Assembly: GCF_018350175.1 (NCBI RefSeq)
Contig: NC_058368.1
Location: 122,824,001 to 122,888,000 of the forward strand
DNA: 64,000 nucleotides
Direction of reading: 5' to 3'
DNA from: Felis catus
Lineage: Eukaryota
The notes under the pieces were generated by a model that was given only the letters and a program-made list of their open reading frames with translations, was not told the origin of the DNA and did no database searches. Made by a program: the position numbers and the translations under genes. The first letter of the stretch is position 1. Every line of letters starts with the position of its first letter. This document shows positions 27,170-39,653 of this stretch, in pieces.

Positions 27170-28810
27170 TTCAACAAAATATGTATGAACACTTAATTTT
27201 GCTAAGCACTGTTGTTGGCACTGAATAAATAAAATAAAACGTAAGACATACATGTCTGGCTCCTGGAGCTAACGTGTTAGTTGGGAGAGACACACAGTAA
27301 GCGTGATAACTAAATAAATAAGTACTATGCTCGATTATGAGAAAGTGCTATGGGGAAAAAATTATAAAGCACAGAGGCAATAGGAAGTGTCCAGGTGGGC
27401 CTGTAATTTTCGATTAGGAAAGTCTAGGAGGAGTTAGGATGGTGGAGAAGGAGAGGGACTGGGATTTTCCTCATCCCTCAAGCACAGCTGTACTGAGGTC
27501 AGATCACTCGGAACACCCAGGAAATGGATCTGCGGAGTGGCAGAAGGATCTGCACAGGTGGAGGGAGGCAGCTTGGCAGGATCGAGGGTCACTTCAATGA
27601 ACAAATCAAAGGACACCTGGCTGAAGACTCAAACACTCCACCACTGCAAGCAAGGAGGAGCTCTCCAGAGGACTGACCAGTGGGATAGAGCAGCGAAATA
27701 TGCAATGATGGCATGCATGTAACATACATCAGAAATGCTTCCTGTGCCAGGCCCTGGACGGTGTACGACCCCCTTGTAATATAGTAGTGCTCGCAGGTAC
27801 AGGACACATAACAAGCTATTAAAACACGCAAAAGACAGAAACTTAGCCAAAATGACAGAAGAATCCTCCTCAAGAGAAAATTCAGGAAATCACATCCAGA
27901 GAATTGCTTGAAACAGACAGAAGCAACACATCTGAACAAGAATTTAGAATAACAGGTATAAGACTAATAGCTGGGTTTGAGAAAAAGCATAGAAGACAGA
28001 AGAGAATCTCCTGTTGCGGAGATCAAAGACCTAAGAACTAGTTGCGATGAATTAAGTAAGAAATGCTATGAGTGAAATGGAAAATAAACTAGATGCAGTG
28101 ACAGCGAGGATGAAAGAAGCAGAGGAGAGAATAGGTGAAATAGAAGATACAATTATGGAAAATGATGAAGCTGAAAAAAAGAGGGAAAGGAAATTACTAG
28201 ATCATGAGGGCACAATTAGAGAGTTAAGTGATTCCATGAAACGAAACAATATCTATGTCATAGGAGTTCCAGAAGAAGAGTGAGAGAAAGGGGTGGGAGG
28301 TTTCATGTGATAAGGAACACTCTAACCAAATAGGTGCTGTCTGGAAGAGAGTGAGCCATGCAGATGCCTGGGTGGGGTGGGGGAGGGGAAGCATTCCAGG
28401 CGAGTGTGGGGCAATTACAAGAGCTCCACAGCGGGCACAGACATCCAAGTTCCAGGAACTGCAGGCAGCCAGTGAGGCTGGAAGGAATGAGTAAACTGGG
28501 ACAGCAGCCAAGTTGAGGGCAGACATTAATGGGAGGGCAGCGTGTGCAGACCATGCTGTGCTTTTTAGGCTATTTTACATCAGCTTGGGCTTTTCCTTGG
28601 AGTGAGGGCTCCACTGGAGGGTTTGATGGAAGGGTGCCCTGATCTGACTCAGGTTTTAGCATTTTACTGAAGGCAGTAGTAAGAGTGGAAGAATTTGCAT
28701 GAGTGGTGGTACCAAGACAGGTTTGGAGGCCCTTGCAAAAATCCAGTTTAGAGATGGTGGTAGCTTGGGCAGGGGTAGGAGCTGTGGAGGCAGTAAGGGG
28801 AATCAGATAT
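27170..28810 (-). mobile_element. L2 fragment split by an L1 insertion
   Basis: ttcaacaaaatatgtatgaacac terminus; resumes at gtgagccatgcagatgcctggg...gcattccagg after 28300. Confidence 0.7.
27427..28298 (+). mobile_element. Carnivore L1 5'UTR plus decayed ORF1 N-terminal part, 3'-truncated
   Basis: ORF-track peptide 28068-28283 (MSEMENKLDAVTARMKEAEERIGEIEDTIMENDEAEKKRERKLLDHEGTIRELSDSMKRNNIYVIGVPEEE) is the L1 ORF1p coiled coil ending in the conserved N-I-x-I-x-G-V-P-E motif. Probable ORF1 ATG at 27852. Confidence 0.9.
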
Positions 28811-29484
28811 AAGCTGCTGTTAATCCTTCTTAAATTGATACCTGGCCAAAAATTACGACCACTTAATTGCTGAGCTGAGATGCAAAGCCACAGAGGCCTC
28901 ACTGAAGTTTTAAACAGTGTTCTATACTCTTTGCTTCTGAAATGTATTAAGCTCCCAGTTTAAGAAAGGCATTATGCCAGGCACTGCACTAAAGAGATGA
29001 TGGTGACTATCCCTGTCCCTTTAAAAGCTTAATTCTGCTAAAAGGACAATACACCTTAACTATATGTGGAGGTATAATGTAGCCATATGCATTCCTCCAA
29101 TAAATATATTGGGTGCAGTTTTAAGTGCTGGAAATAGATGGGCAGAAGAGACAAAAATCCCTGCTCTCATCGTGTTTATATTCTATAGGAGACAAAAAAT
29201 CATCAAGAAATATATATAAATTATATAGCATATTAAAAGGTAATAATGAGGGACTTCAAAAAGATCAAGTTCATACTGCACAACACCCTTAAAAGTGAAA
29301 AATTGGGAACCATGTAATGTCCATGTAAAGGTAATTGGCTTAATAAAGTGGCATGTCCCAGTCTACAAATTAGTATGCAATAGTTTTAAAATATATAAGT
29401 AGATCTAATGAATCAATGAGACTAATTTTACTTCAAGACATATAATAAAGAACAAGATAACGAGTGAGGGAAAAAGCCTAGTGT

Positions 29485-29488
<4 letters not shown>

Positions 29489-29530
<42 letters not shown>
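29489..29530. repeat. (CA)21 microsatellite
   Basis: Perfect run. Confidence 0.98.
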
Positions 29531-29533
<3 letters not shown>

Positions 29534-30097
29534 CTATGTACACATATATATCTATAATGCCACAATATACTCTGGAATGACATATGATAGGATAGATTTA
29601 GGAATCAAAAAGGCTTCCTAGATGGTTCACCTCACTGGCTTCAACCCATGTGAGGAATGTAGTTCCAACCCCTCCCTTCTCAACCATGGGTCAGTCCCCA
29701 GGCAACCCTCTACGGCGGCATGGCTTTGTGGTCACTGCACAATACACTGTGTGGTCCTCTGCCCCACTTTGACGACAGCTCTGACAATTACAGACTTTGA
29801 TCTACTCTGGAAAAGCTGAAACCCTTAGAGAGGACAGGGTTGGTCCTGGGTGTGAACAGGATTTCTTCACTTTCTCTCAAGGCCTTCTTGGGAGTTTGGG
29901 GGTGACTAGAGTCCCTTCTGGCCTCCTTCTCCTCCTCTGCCACCATCTTCTCAAGCCCTGTCTCGCTCCATTCAGTCTCCCCATGATCAGTAACCATGAT
30001 AAACCACTTCTGCCTGTGTGCCAGTAGATAATGTTTGTGTTCACAAACTCTCCCATCTCCCCTGATATGTGAATTTTATTTTAAAAAGGCATTTAGG

Positions 30098-30299
30098 AGG
30101 GCCACCTAGGTGGCTCATTCAGCTAAGTGTCTGACTCTTGGTTTGGGCTCAGGTCATGATCTAGCCATTCACGAGTTTGAGCCCTGCACTGTGTAAAGCC
30201 TGCTTAGGATTCTCTCTCTCTCCCTCTCTCTGCCCCTCCCCCACTTGCACTCTCCCTCTCTCTCTCTCTCTCTCTCAAAATAAATAAACTTTAAAAAAA
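30098..30299 (+). mobile_element. CanSINE
   Basis: TSD ggcatttagga/ggatttagga. Confidence 0.92.
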
Positions 30300-31231
30300 T
30301 GGATTTAGGAAACACAAGCATTGCATTAGATTGTGTATGAGGAAACAAGCTGTAACCCATAAACCACTGTATATAAATTCAGTTGTTAAAATGACTATTA
30401 ACTCGCCCATCTTCTCCACTGCACACAGATTAAATGTTACGATTATTATCACCTTCTCACCTCCTCCATGGTATACACATTAGGAAATGCTATAAGAAAC
30501 TCCCTCCCCCAGCCCTGCTCCTTCTGTTGCTGGGAAGGCATTCACAGAAACTGCAGGAAGCTGAAAGGCCAAGGATTCCAGTCTTCCCTCTTCCTAGTGC
30601 TGCTTAGTAGCCTGTCTCCTTATTTATAAGTTTACAAGGTGTCCGAACATGCTTTATCTCATCGATATTCACAATGAGACTGAGGCGGATTCTAGTGTCC
30701 CCACGTTATAGATGAGAAAACTGAGGCTCAGAGTGTGCGATTACTTACCCACATTGTTACAAGGCTGGTGTTTAAGCTAAGCTGTCTTCTTCCAAATGCC
30801 ATGGTCACATACCACAACCCGGGCTCTGGCCCTGAAGGGCGTTTTACCACATAGACGTTCTCTCCTATAGTCTTGCCCAGAACACGGGAGTGTTTTCCCT
30901 CTTTCTACTCAAGAACATGTGAGGGTGCTGTTTGATCAGGGGGATGCAGAAGGAGGAGTTCAGAACCAGAGTTAAGCATACATGGTTTGTGACTGTCCAC
31001 ACCTTGTGTGAGGAAGCCTGTGTGGGAGCCCATGGGCTGCACCTGTGCATGCACGCCCTTGGGTCATTTGCCTCCTGTGTTTCCCTGTGTCTGTTTCTGG
31101 ATCCTCTTCAAGTCATCTAATAGAATGTTCCTTCTTGCCTCAGGGCCTTCACAAATCCCATTACCTTTGCAGGGTCCTCTCTTCCTTAGATCCTAATGAT
31201 CTCAGTTCAAATGTAATTGACTCAAGGAAAC

Positions 31232-31685
31232 TGTTGTAGGTTAAGTTGTGTTCCCTAAAAAATGATGGTCAAGTCCAATGTTCCAGTACCTTTGAACATG
31301 ACCTTATTTGACGATAGGGTTTTTGCAGTTGTAATCAATTAAGAGGAGGTCTTACTGGATTAGGGTGGGCCTTAATCCAGTGAATAGTGTGCTTTTAAGA
31401 AAAGGAAAATTTGCACACAGACACTCACAGGGAAGAATGCCTGGATGAAGGAGGCAGAGATTGGAGTCACACATCGACAAACCAAGGAACACCAGGGATT
31501 GGCAGCAACCAGCAGAAGCCTGGAGAAAGTCACAGAGGAGATCTCAGAGCCTCCAGAATGAACCATGTCTGCAGACAGCTGAGTTTCAGATTTCTGGCCC
31601 CTAAAGCCGTGAGAGAATACATCTCTGTTGTTTTTGCCACCCACTTTGTGGTAATTTGTTAAGGCAGCCCTGGGAAGCTAATACA
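31232..31685 (+). mobile_element. MaLR solo LTR (MLT1B/C-like)
   Basis: TG...CA ends (tgttgtaggtt...gctaataca); gaccttatttg..atagggtttttgcag, ggattagggtgggccttaatcc and tttgtggtaatttgttaaggcagccc hallmarks. Confidence 0.9.
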
Positions 31686-34461
31686 GAAGACTTCCAGTTT
31701 CTCCAGATCTGGCCAGTTTCTTCTACTGTATGTTTTCACAGCACCAGCTATTTTTTTGTAAAGAGCATTGCATCACAGCATGCGGGTTATATATTTATTT
31801 GATTTTTTTATCAATATTCATCCCCCCACTGAAATGGAAGCCCTGTGAAAACAGATGATGTTGGGTTTTGCTCAGTAGACCGACTAGCATAAAAACAGTA
31901 CAGTTTGCAATAAATATTTCTTAAGTAAAAGAAAGAGTGAATGAATGAAAAGAGCGATGAATGGCAAGAGAACAGCAGAGCACTTACAATTTTGGCCCAG
32001 GGGTGTGGGAAAAGTGTCCTCCAGCGAGCAAAACAAAGATCTCTCTATCTCTCTCTGTCTCAAAACTCTGCCTCTCTTCTGTATCTCAATAGCCATCTCC
32101 CTCTCTCTTGCTTTTGCCAAGTTAGATTCAGAACATTTGTCTTTTTAAAAATTTGTGGGGAATGATAAGATTGACAAGACAGTTAATAACATCAGGGAAA
32201 ACTGTCAACACCAACACTGATGATACACTGTGAAAACTGTGAAAAATGAAAACAAAGGATTTCTTTCTTTAAGTTAGAGAAAGTGGATATGCTTCGTCAT
32301 TTTCTCTTATCAGCGCAATCTTAATTATTTGTACATCAACTTTGTATATAATCTAAAATGGCAGACAATTTTTATTTGACGAAGATAGTAAAAATCATAC
32401 ATTGTTTTCTATCTTTAGGTTAGCTATTTATAAATATAACTGCATTCTCATGTATCTTAAAAATTACAGAAAAATGATGTATGATGATTGAGGTCAATAG
32501 CTCTGGAGTCAGACCCCATGCTTAAAGACCAGCTCTAACCATCTACAATGGTTACACTGGACCTTGGACACATAACCTCTCTCTGCTCAGCTTTTAATTT
32601 CTGTCTCATAGGATTGTGATTTGGGTGAAATAAGCTAATACATGCAAATACATACAAGAATAATTGGCATGCAGTAAAACTCAATACATTTTAGCATTAT
32701 TATTACTATTAGACATCTGACGTTTGATGAGACTGTGGTGAGTAGTCACCGAGATAATCTCATCTATTCATGTCATAACTATAAATTGCAAATCATTTTC
32801 TTTTTTCATTTTTCAGAATTAAAAAGTCATCGACAAAATAGACTGGTGAGTGATGTGTGGGGTTAGGAATGGCAAAGAGATTCTGCAAACACCTTTCTTT
32901 GTATTAAAAAATGCTGAAGGCTTAATTAATCTTTTTTTGAGAGGGAGGGATAGGGAGTAGGGGGCATAAAATAAAATGTCCCCCAAACACGGAATTATAA
33001 CACCTTATTTTCACTCTATTAGAAGCATTAACTTATTTTTATAGTAATTTTTAAAGTGCAAGTATTTACCCTTTAGTCTCAGTCTTGCCAAGTCAGAATT
33101 TCAAAGGATTGTTAAACACTCAGGTTTAATGGCTTACATGGTTTAAAGACTCAGAATTACAATTAATTTTGAGTTTGAACTGATTAGACATGTAAGATTT
33201 CAGTATAAAATCAAATCTGTTAAGCACATCGGTGGTGTTTACTCCTTCTCAAAGAAATACTTTCTTCTATCGACATTTTCAATAACTCGTTTGTAAAAGA
33301 ATTTTATGTACAATTATTTAATGTATTTAAACTTAGCTCTTCTCTGGGCGTCAAATAGGATCGCTCTCATTCAATCTCAGATTTAAGGTTGACCCATCAG
33401 CTGGCAGGTGCTACAACCTACACTGGAAAACTACTGAGGTCTAAAAATTCCTCTAAGTTTCTATTTTAGGCTAGAGAAGATAAAATTCATCTTCCAGAGG
33501 GGATGCCAGCAGCTCGTTATCTTTTTGGGTGTTTCCTATCTGGTCTTTTTGGTTATTTGGGGAGCATGATCATACCACAAATAGAAACAGGACGCCTCAG
33601 TGGGCTGTTACACCACAAGCAGTCATTACCCCATTCCAGAACTTCCTGATAGATGGAGAGGCCGTGAAGGAAAATGAGCCACCCCAACAAGATTCCTACA
33701 GGTCCTATAATTGTCTAGTGAAATTGATAGGCTATGCTTGTCAAAGCTGCTGTTCGTCATTCTCCTCAACTCCCTCCCTCTCTGTCGCTGGCAATTTCCA
33801 TCTGCAGCTTTTACAGCCTGATGTGTAATTTGGCCTCCTTGAATTTTTGCCTCTGTGTTACTTCTCTTTTTGAGACTGCATATTTTTCAAACTTTTCTTA
33901 TCTCCTAGTATCGTTCAGATTCACTCTTTGCCGAAGAATCCAAGTTCATGTTTGCAAAAAATAAAGATGCACTGTCAAATGAAGAAAATAAAACAGAAAA
34001 CTAAGTTGTTTTTAAAGCCATAGAAATCAAATTTTATGTCTCTTGCCCTTTTGACCCAAGTAATGAGTACATGTGGCACAAAGCTTATAAAATTGTGACA
34101 AATTTTGTGTTTAAAGTTCTAAACTGGAGGCTGAGTAACCAGAAGGCGCAGAATAATAGAAGAACACATGCGAGCAAACCAGTTTGTTTTGTATGTGACC
34201 ATTTTTGGACACAGGACCAGAAGGATTTTCTCCCCTTATTCTCAAATTCAGACTCTAGATTGAGTATTCATGGTCAAGTTAAAATCAAACTAAATTAAAG
34301 ACATGACAAGTATTAACACTCAGGACTCTTATGAAGTGATTTGTGCACTAAATTTGGCAGTTTATAGATAGTTACCAGTCTAGCTAAATTAAGTGCTCTT
34401 TAACACAAACTTAAATAATGAAAAGCCTATTTATTAGTTAACAGGATCAAAAGGAAAAGCA

Positions 34462-34670
34462 GGGGCGCCTGGGTAGCTCAGTCGGTTAAGCATCCAACTT
34501 CGGCTCAGGTCACGATTTTTCAGTTTATGGGTTCGTAGCCCCGTGTCCGGCTCAACGCTGACAACTCGGAGCCTGGAACCTGCTTCGGATTCTGTGTCTC
34601 CTCTCTCTATGCCCCTGGCCTGCTTGTGCTGCATCTCTCAAAAATAAATAAACATTAAAAAAAAAAAAAG
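34462..34670 (+). mobile_element. Feline CanSINE
   Basis: TSD aaaaggaaaag on both sides. Confidence 0.95.
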
Positions 34671-35020
34671 GAAAAGAAAAGTGGCACCAATTGTCGGGTT
34701 TCCTTCCACACCCACTTTAAAAGGTAGATCTCGAGGATCCAGGCTTTCATTCCGTAAGACTCAACATAGGTAAAATTTATGATGGTTTCTCTTAGTCTAC
34801 AGCTTGGCTACCCCAGTTCCTCTATTTCCTGTCTAGGGAGAGCCAGATGAGTGGGATTTCTTCTTACTGCATTATCTAACAGGGATAGCAGCACTCCAGC
34901 TGAAGCAGGCCTCGCCTGTGCCCTCGGCCTAGATATTTCTATTCTTCCTTAGCTTCTGACCAGCAAAGCAAGGATTGCTTTTCTCTTTTCTTTCTCTATT
35001 GTTATGGAAGCGAAGGTATA

Positions 35021-35022
<2 letters not shown>

Positions 35023-35060
<38 letters not shown>

Positions 35061-35064
35061 TGAC

Positions 35065-35106
<42 letters not shown>
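35023..35106. repeat. Compound (TG)n/(GA)n microsatellite
   Basis: TG run 35023-35058 followed by GA run 35068-35105. Confidence 0.97.
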
Positions 35107-35108
<2 letters not shown>

Positions 35109-35867
35109 TGTCAGAGAGCTAGGTTGCTTGGGATTTTTTCCCTCATTTGTTATATAATGATTTATACGAGTTGAGAACTAATGTTTGGCATACCTGCTTG
35201 ACTTAGACATAGTTAAATAAATCAAAAAAGTTTTTTCTAGTAAGGTGATGCTGAATAATACATATTTCTTTTATACATTTTAAAGTCACAGCATATCCAG
35301 TATCTAAAATCTCAATATAATATCATTATATTGCTTCCATTCTAAAGGAGAGACAAATACAAAATAAAAATCTATGGAGATCTTCCCAGTATTACAGATC
35401 ATTACCTGTCGCAACTTTCCTCACTCCAACAAGGCTAGGTAACTACAAAAATAATGTTAAGACATATTCCAGTGTAGACTGGACAAAATGTGGTAAGCAG
35501 ATACCAAATGCCAGCAATGCTTAAGATTTTGTTTTCTATGCTATGAGGTCTACTGAGGTTAGCCCACTGCACAATTTTGGGAGATGTCATTCATGTATGC
35601 TCCCTAGAATTGTGCAAGGTGGTGATACAAAAATAAATGCAATATGGTCTTTCATCTGTGCCCTCTGGCCCACAGAATGACAACAACCTGTCTGGCATGG
35701 AGAGCTTTTTACAATCTGGGTCAAACATCATTTATCACAATCTATGTAGTATAAGATGATCTATAAAGAATCTCTTTGCTACCCATCTTTTTCTGTAATT
35801 GGTCTATACACATTCATCCCTTCTTGCCTGTGCTCATGCTGTGACCCCAGTCTAATAAAGCAGAGAG

Positions 35868-36112
35868 TATACTATATAGTATAGTATACTGCTATTATAT
35901 AGCAGATTGTATGCTATATATACAATAAATACAATAGTATGTGTGTATATATATATATATATTACTAATACTATTACTATTGCCATATATATGGCAATAG
36001 TATATATAATATATATAGTATATATTAGTATACTAATATATTAGTATATAGTATATATTAGTATATATAATACTAATACTATTACTATTGTCATATATAT
36101 GGCATACAATCT
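35868..36112. repeat. AT-rich low-complexity block with nested palindromes and direct repeats
   Basis: Perfect 28-bp palindrome at 35975-36002 and 22-bp palindrome at 36020-36041. Confidence 0.9.
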
Positions 36113-36565
36113 ATGGTAAGAAAACACTAAGGCACATCAACTGTGTGCTGTAGGTAAAGGAAATGGAGACAATAGAGTTGGAAAGGTAATTTAGGCCAGC
36201 TAAAAGCCTTATTCAGTAGGCCAAATGGATTGCTGATGGTGTGAACAGGTGTGTGAGATGAGCAAAGTTGTGCATTAGTAAGTCAAAATGAGTTATAGTA
36301 AGAAAATTACTGCAATCGTTAAATAAGATAGAATTAGGTTTTAACCTGGGTGGATATAGAGAAGACAGATGTAGAAAGATTTCCAGGGTAAGAGAAGGTA
36401 ATTGACACACAGATTCCGAAAAGTCTCTACATTGGTAAGGAAACAATTAGAGGAGTCTTTTATAAGAGTAAGACCAAGAAGAATAGGGGTAAGAAGACAG
36501 GCAAGTGAGGGGGAGATAGAGTTGAGTGGCTTAGGGAACTGACCTGAATTAAAAAAGAATTTCTT

Positions 36566-36995
36566 GGGGCGCCTGGGTGGTGCAGTCGGTTAAGCGTCCA
36601 ACTTCAGCCAGGTCACGATCTTGCGGTCCGTGAGTTCGAGCCCCGCGTCGGGCTCTGGGCTGATGGCTCAGAGCCTGGAGCCTGTTTCCGATTCTGTGTC
36701 TCCCTCTCTCTCTGCCCCTCCCCCATTCATGCTCTGTCTCTCTCTGTCCCAAAAATAAATAAACGTTGAAAAAAAAATTAAAAAAAAAAAAAGAATTTCT
36801 TTTGGGGGTGCCTGGGTGGCTCAGTTGGTTAAGCATCAGACACTGGCTCAGGTCATGATCTCACAGTTCTTAAGTTCAAGCCCTGCATGGGGCTCTCTGC
36901 TGTCAGCACAGAGCCTGCTTCATATCCTCTGTCTCCCGCTCTCCCTGTCCCTACCCATGTGCTCTGTCTCTCACAAAAATGAATAAACATTTAAA

Positions 36996-37033
<38 letters not shown>
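36566..37033 (+). mobile_element. Tandem CanSINEs: young 36566-36786 and older 36804-37033 with a (GA)n tail
   Basis: Perfect TSD aaaaaagaatttctt at 36551-36565/36787-36801; agaatttctttt at 36792-36803/37034-37045. Confidence 0.96.
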
Positions 37034-37039
<6 letters not shown>

Positions 37040-37099
37040 TCTTTTCCAGACATAACACTGATCTAGTTTTCTTGAACATTTTGCCCACTTAAACACCTA

Positions 37100-38050
37100 A
37101 AATTTATGGATTATCAACAATAGCAACAACCAATAATGGATCAAAAATAGAATTCCAGAAATATAAACAAACACCACAGATGATTCAATCCTAGAGGCAT
37201 CAGCCAAAAGGTGATGATTCTTGGGAACTAGGGACAGGAAATAAACCTTAATGTCTATCAAGAATACGCTCAGACATTTTATTAAGGAGCCTGCAAACAA
37301 CTGGGCTCCCGAAGAGAACTAAATATCAGCCTACTCTACAGAAGAATACCAAGGGAAATTGCCACAGTCATCCACCCTTTACGATGGTATGTGACCTGAA
37401 AGTATACTACCTATGTTATATCCACATGTTGGATGAAAGCCAGTGATCTAAGTGAAATGAAAGAGGCAGACTCAAAACCTCTTTGGAGAAACATACCTTT
37501 AAAAGAGACTTCAAAAACTTCTCCCAGATAAAGTTCCAAAGTAGAAAATTTTACTGGGAGAGGAGCAGACAATAAAATCTGACTTACAAAGATTCAAATA
37601 TTGAAATTATCGGGCATAGAATATAAGTTATAGAGGCTAAAAATATTTTAAAATATGAGATTTTAAATATAAGCACTGATTTAAAATACAGATTTTTATT
37701 AAAATGATGGAAATAATCACACTAACAGAATTTATAAGATAACCAAAATTGAACTCATAAAAATGTAAAAATAATTGGACATTTAGGAAGGAAAAAATTA
37801 TTATAATTGAAAATTAAATATATGGTGAATATTAAATTAGATACAGATGACAAAACATTTAATAGACTGGAAGACAGAGCTAAAGAAATTATTCAATATT
37901 ATGAACAAAAAGAGATTGAAGAAAATGTGTAAGAAGTTAAGACAAATGTAAATCAGAGTAATAAAGTCTGATATATATCTTGTGTATCTCCAGGAGGAGA
38001 AAATAGGCAAACCTGGGGGGAAGTAATAGTCAAATAGGTAATGACAGTTT
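37100..38050 (+). mobile_element. Ancient L1M/HAL1-like 5'UTR-ORF1 remnant
   Basis: A-rich; attagatacagatgac...tagactggaagacagagctaaagaaattattcaa and ccaggaggagaaaatagg resemble decayed ORF1. 38060-38385 resembles an L1M 5' end in the opposite orientation. Confidence 0.6.
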
Positions 38051-38859
38051 TAGAATTTAGCATCATATGAGGGAAATTCAGCTGAGTGTTTGTATTTCCT
38101 TCACCGTGTCACTACTAAATACTCTGCTTTAGAACCAAGCCCAGATTCTCAGCCTGCAGCCAGAGCCAAGAATCAGCAAATCTCCAAGGAAAAAAAGCAA
38201 CTGCAGATCTTCAGATCACCTCTCAAAGTTTCTCTCCTTTCTGAAATTTTAGTCCCTCTGGTCTTTGCTTCAGTGGCTCCCAAAATGCCTTTAAAATACA
38301 ACCTGTGTAACACATTACAGCTTTTCTAGTTATTTGCAGTGGAAACATGGACCTGTCATGAACAACTCAATTCTAGCAGGAAGAAATTTAGGGATGCTTC
38401 TTTGATATTTGAGCATATTGAACTGGTTGGAGCATTTATAAAGAGAGGAAAGTGACAGAGGGAAATAGTGGTAGCTAGGAGTGAAAACATGTAGAACCTT
38501 GTAAGCTATAGTAAGGATTTCATTTTCCCAGAATTGTAGCATCAAAATTGGTAAGAACCAATGCCATGAATGAAAAAGTCTCTAAGAAGAGACACAAGAT
38601 AAAGAAAAATATGATTCTGAGTAGAGGGGAGTGGGTATCATGGAGGAAGGAGTCTTGGATCCAAAGACAGTAGAATAAACGAATCATGATGCCATTAGAT
38701 ACTGGTTTGTAGTTGACTGGTAGAGGCAGAATATTTTAAAGATGGTGAGAATTGGCTTCCTTCTCACCCTCACAGATAGTACAAGTAAGATGAAAAGCAG
38801 AGAGAAAAGTAGGGAGAGGATCTTGTTGGCAAAAGTTAGGCTTCAATAATACTGGAAAC

Positions 38860-39362
38860 TATTGCCCACCCATTTTATATTTCCATCACCTCTATATTCT
38901 TCTGATAGCAGAACTTCCTTCAGGGAATCATCCCTCCTCCATTCTCACTCCATATAATTTCAGTAGAGCTAAGTTCTTCCCCCAGTACATCTCTTCTCCT
39001 TGCCTGGCAAAAGGCTGGTATGCTCCCAAACTGGGAGCCTAGCAACTGGTTCTAGGATGGGCACAATTTTGTCTAGTGAAACTCAATTCCAAGACTTCAT
39101 AGAACTATTTTGCTCAAGTTGATGGAATGTTGGTCTACATCTGGTAGTGACTACTTTCCCTCCATTACAGAAGAGCTAATACAGAGGACAATAGAACCCA
39201 AAAGAAAGACAGATCGAGAGTCAGCAAGACAGAACACTCATGATCCAAACATGCTTGAGTACCAACCACTCTATCTCTAGACTTTCCATTTACATGGTAT
39301 AAAGTTACCTTTCCTGTTTACATCAGTTTGATGCCACTTGCAAAACAACTCCTGATGAATAG
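38860..39362 (+). mobile_element. Old MaLR LTR (MLT1J/K-like)
   Basis: tctagactttccatttacatggtataaagttacctttcctgtttacatcagtttg...cacttgcaaaacaactcctgatgaataga 3' end. Confidence 0.5.
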
Positions 39363-39547
39363 ACTTGAAAAAATTTGAAATGGATATTATTTGTTTGCAA
39401 TACAATGGGAGTTTCACAAGGCATAAAAAAGCCAACCTTAGAATTTCAAAGCAGTAAGGAACCTCAGAGATAAAGAGTATGTTTTGACTTGCTTCAAGTA
39501 TCACAGCCTGTTAATGGTAGATTTAGTGATAAAGTCCAGATCTCTCC

Positions 39548-39653
39548 GGGCACCTGGCTGGTTCAGTTGGAAGAGCATGACTCTTGATCTCTGGGCTGTG
39601 AGTTTAAACCCCATGATGGGTGTAGAGATTACTTAAAATCTTAAAAAAAAAAA
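39548..39653 (+). mobile_element. Short old tRNA-Lys-like CanSINE
   Basis: TSD tccagatctctc on both sides; gggtgtagagattacttaaaatctt plus A tail. Confidence 0.9.

Noticed and set aside
39548..39653. tRNA-Lys-like sequences (also 14770, 23488, 52651)
   Set aside because: Have A tails, TSDs where checkable and broken stems; they are SINEs, not tRNA genes.
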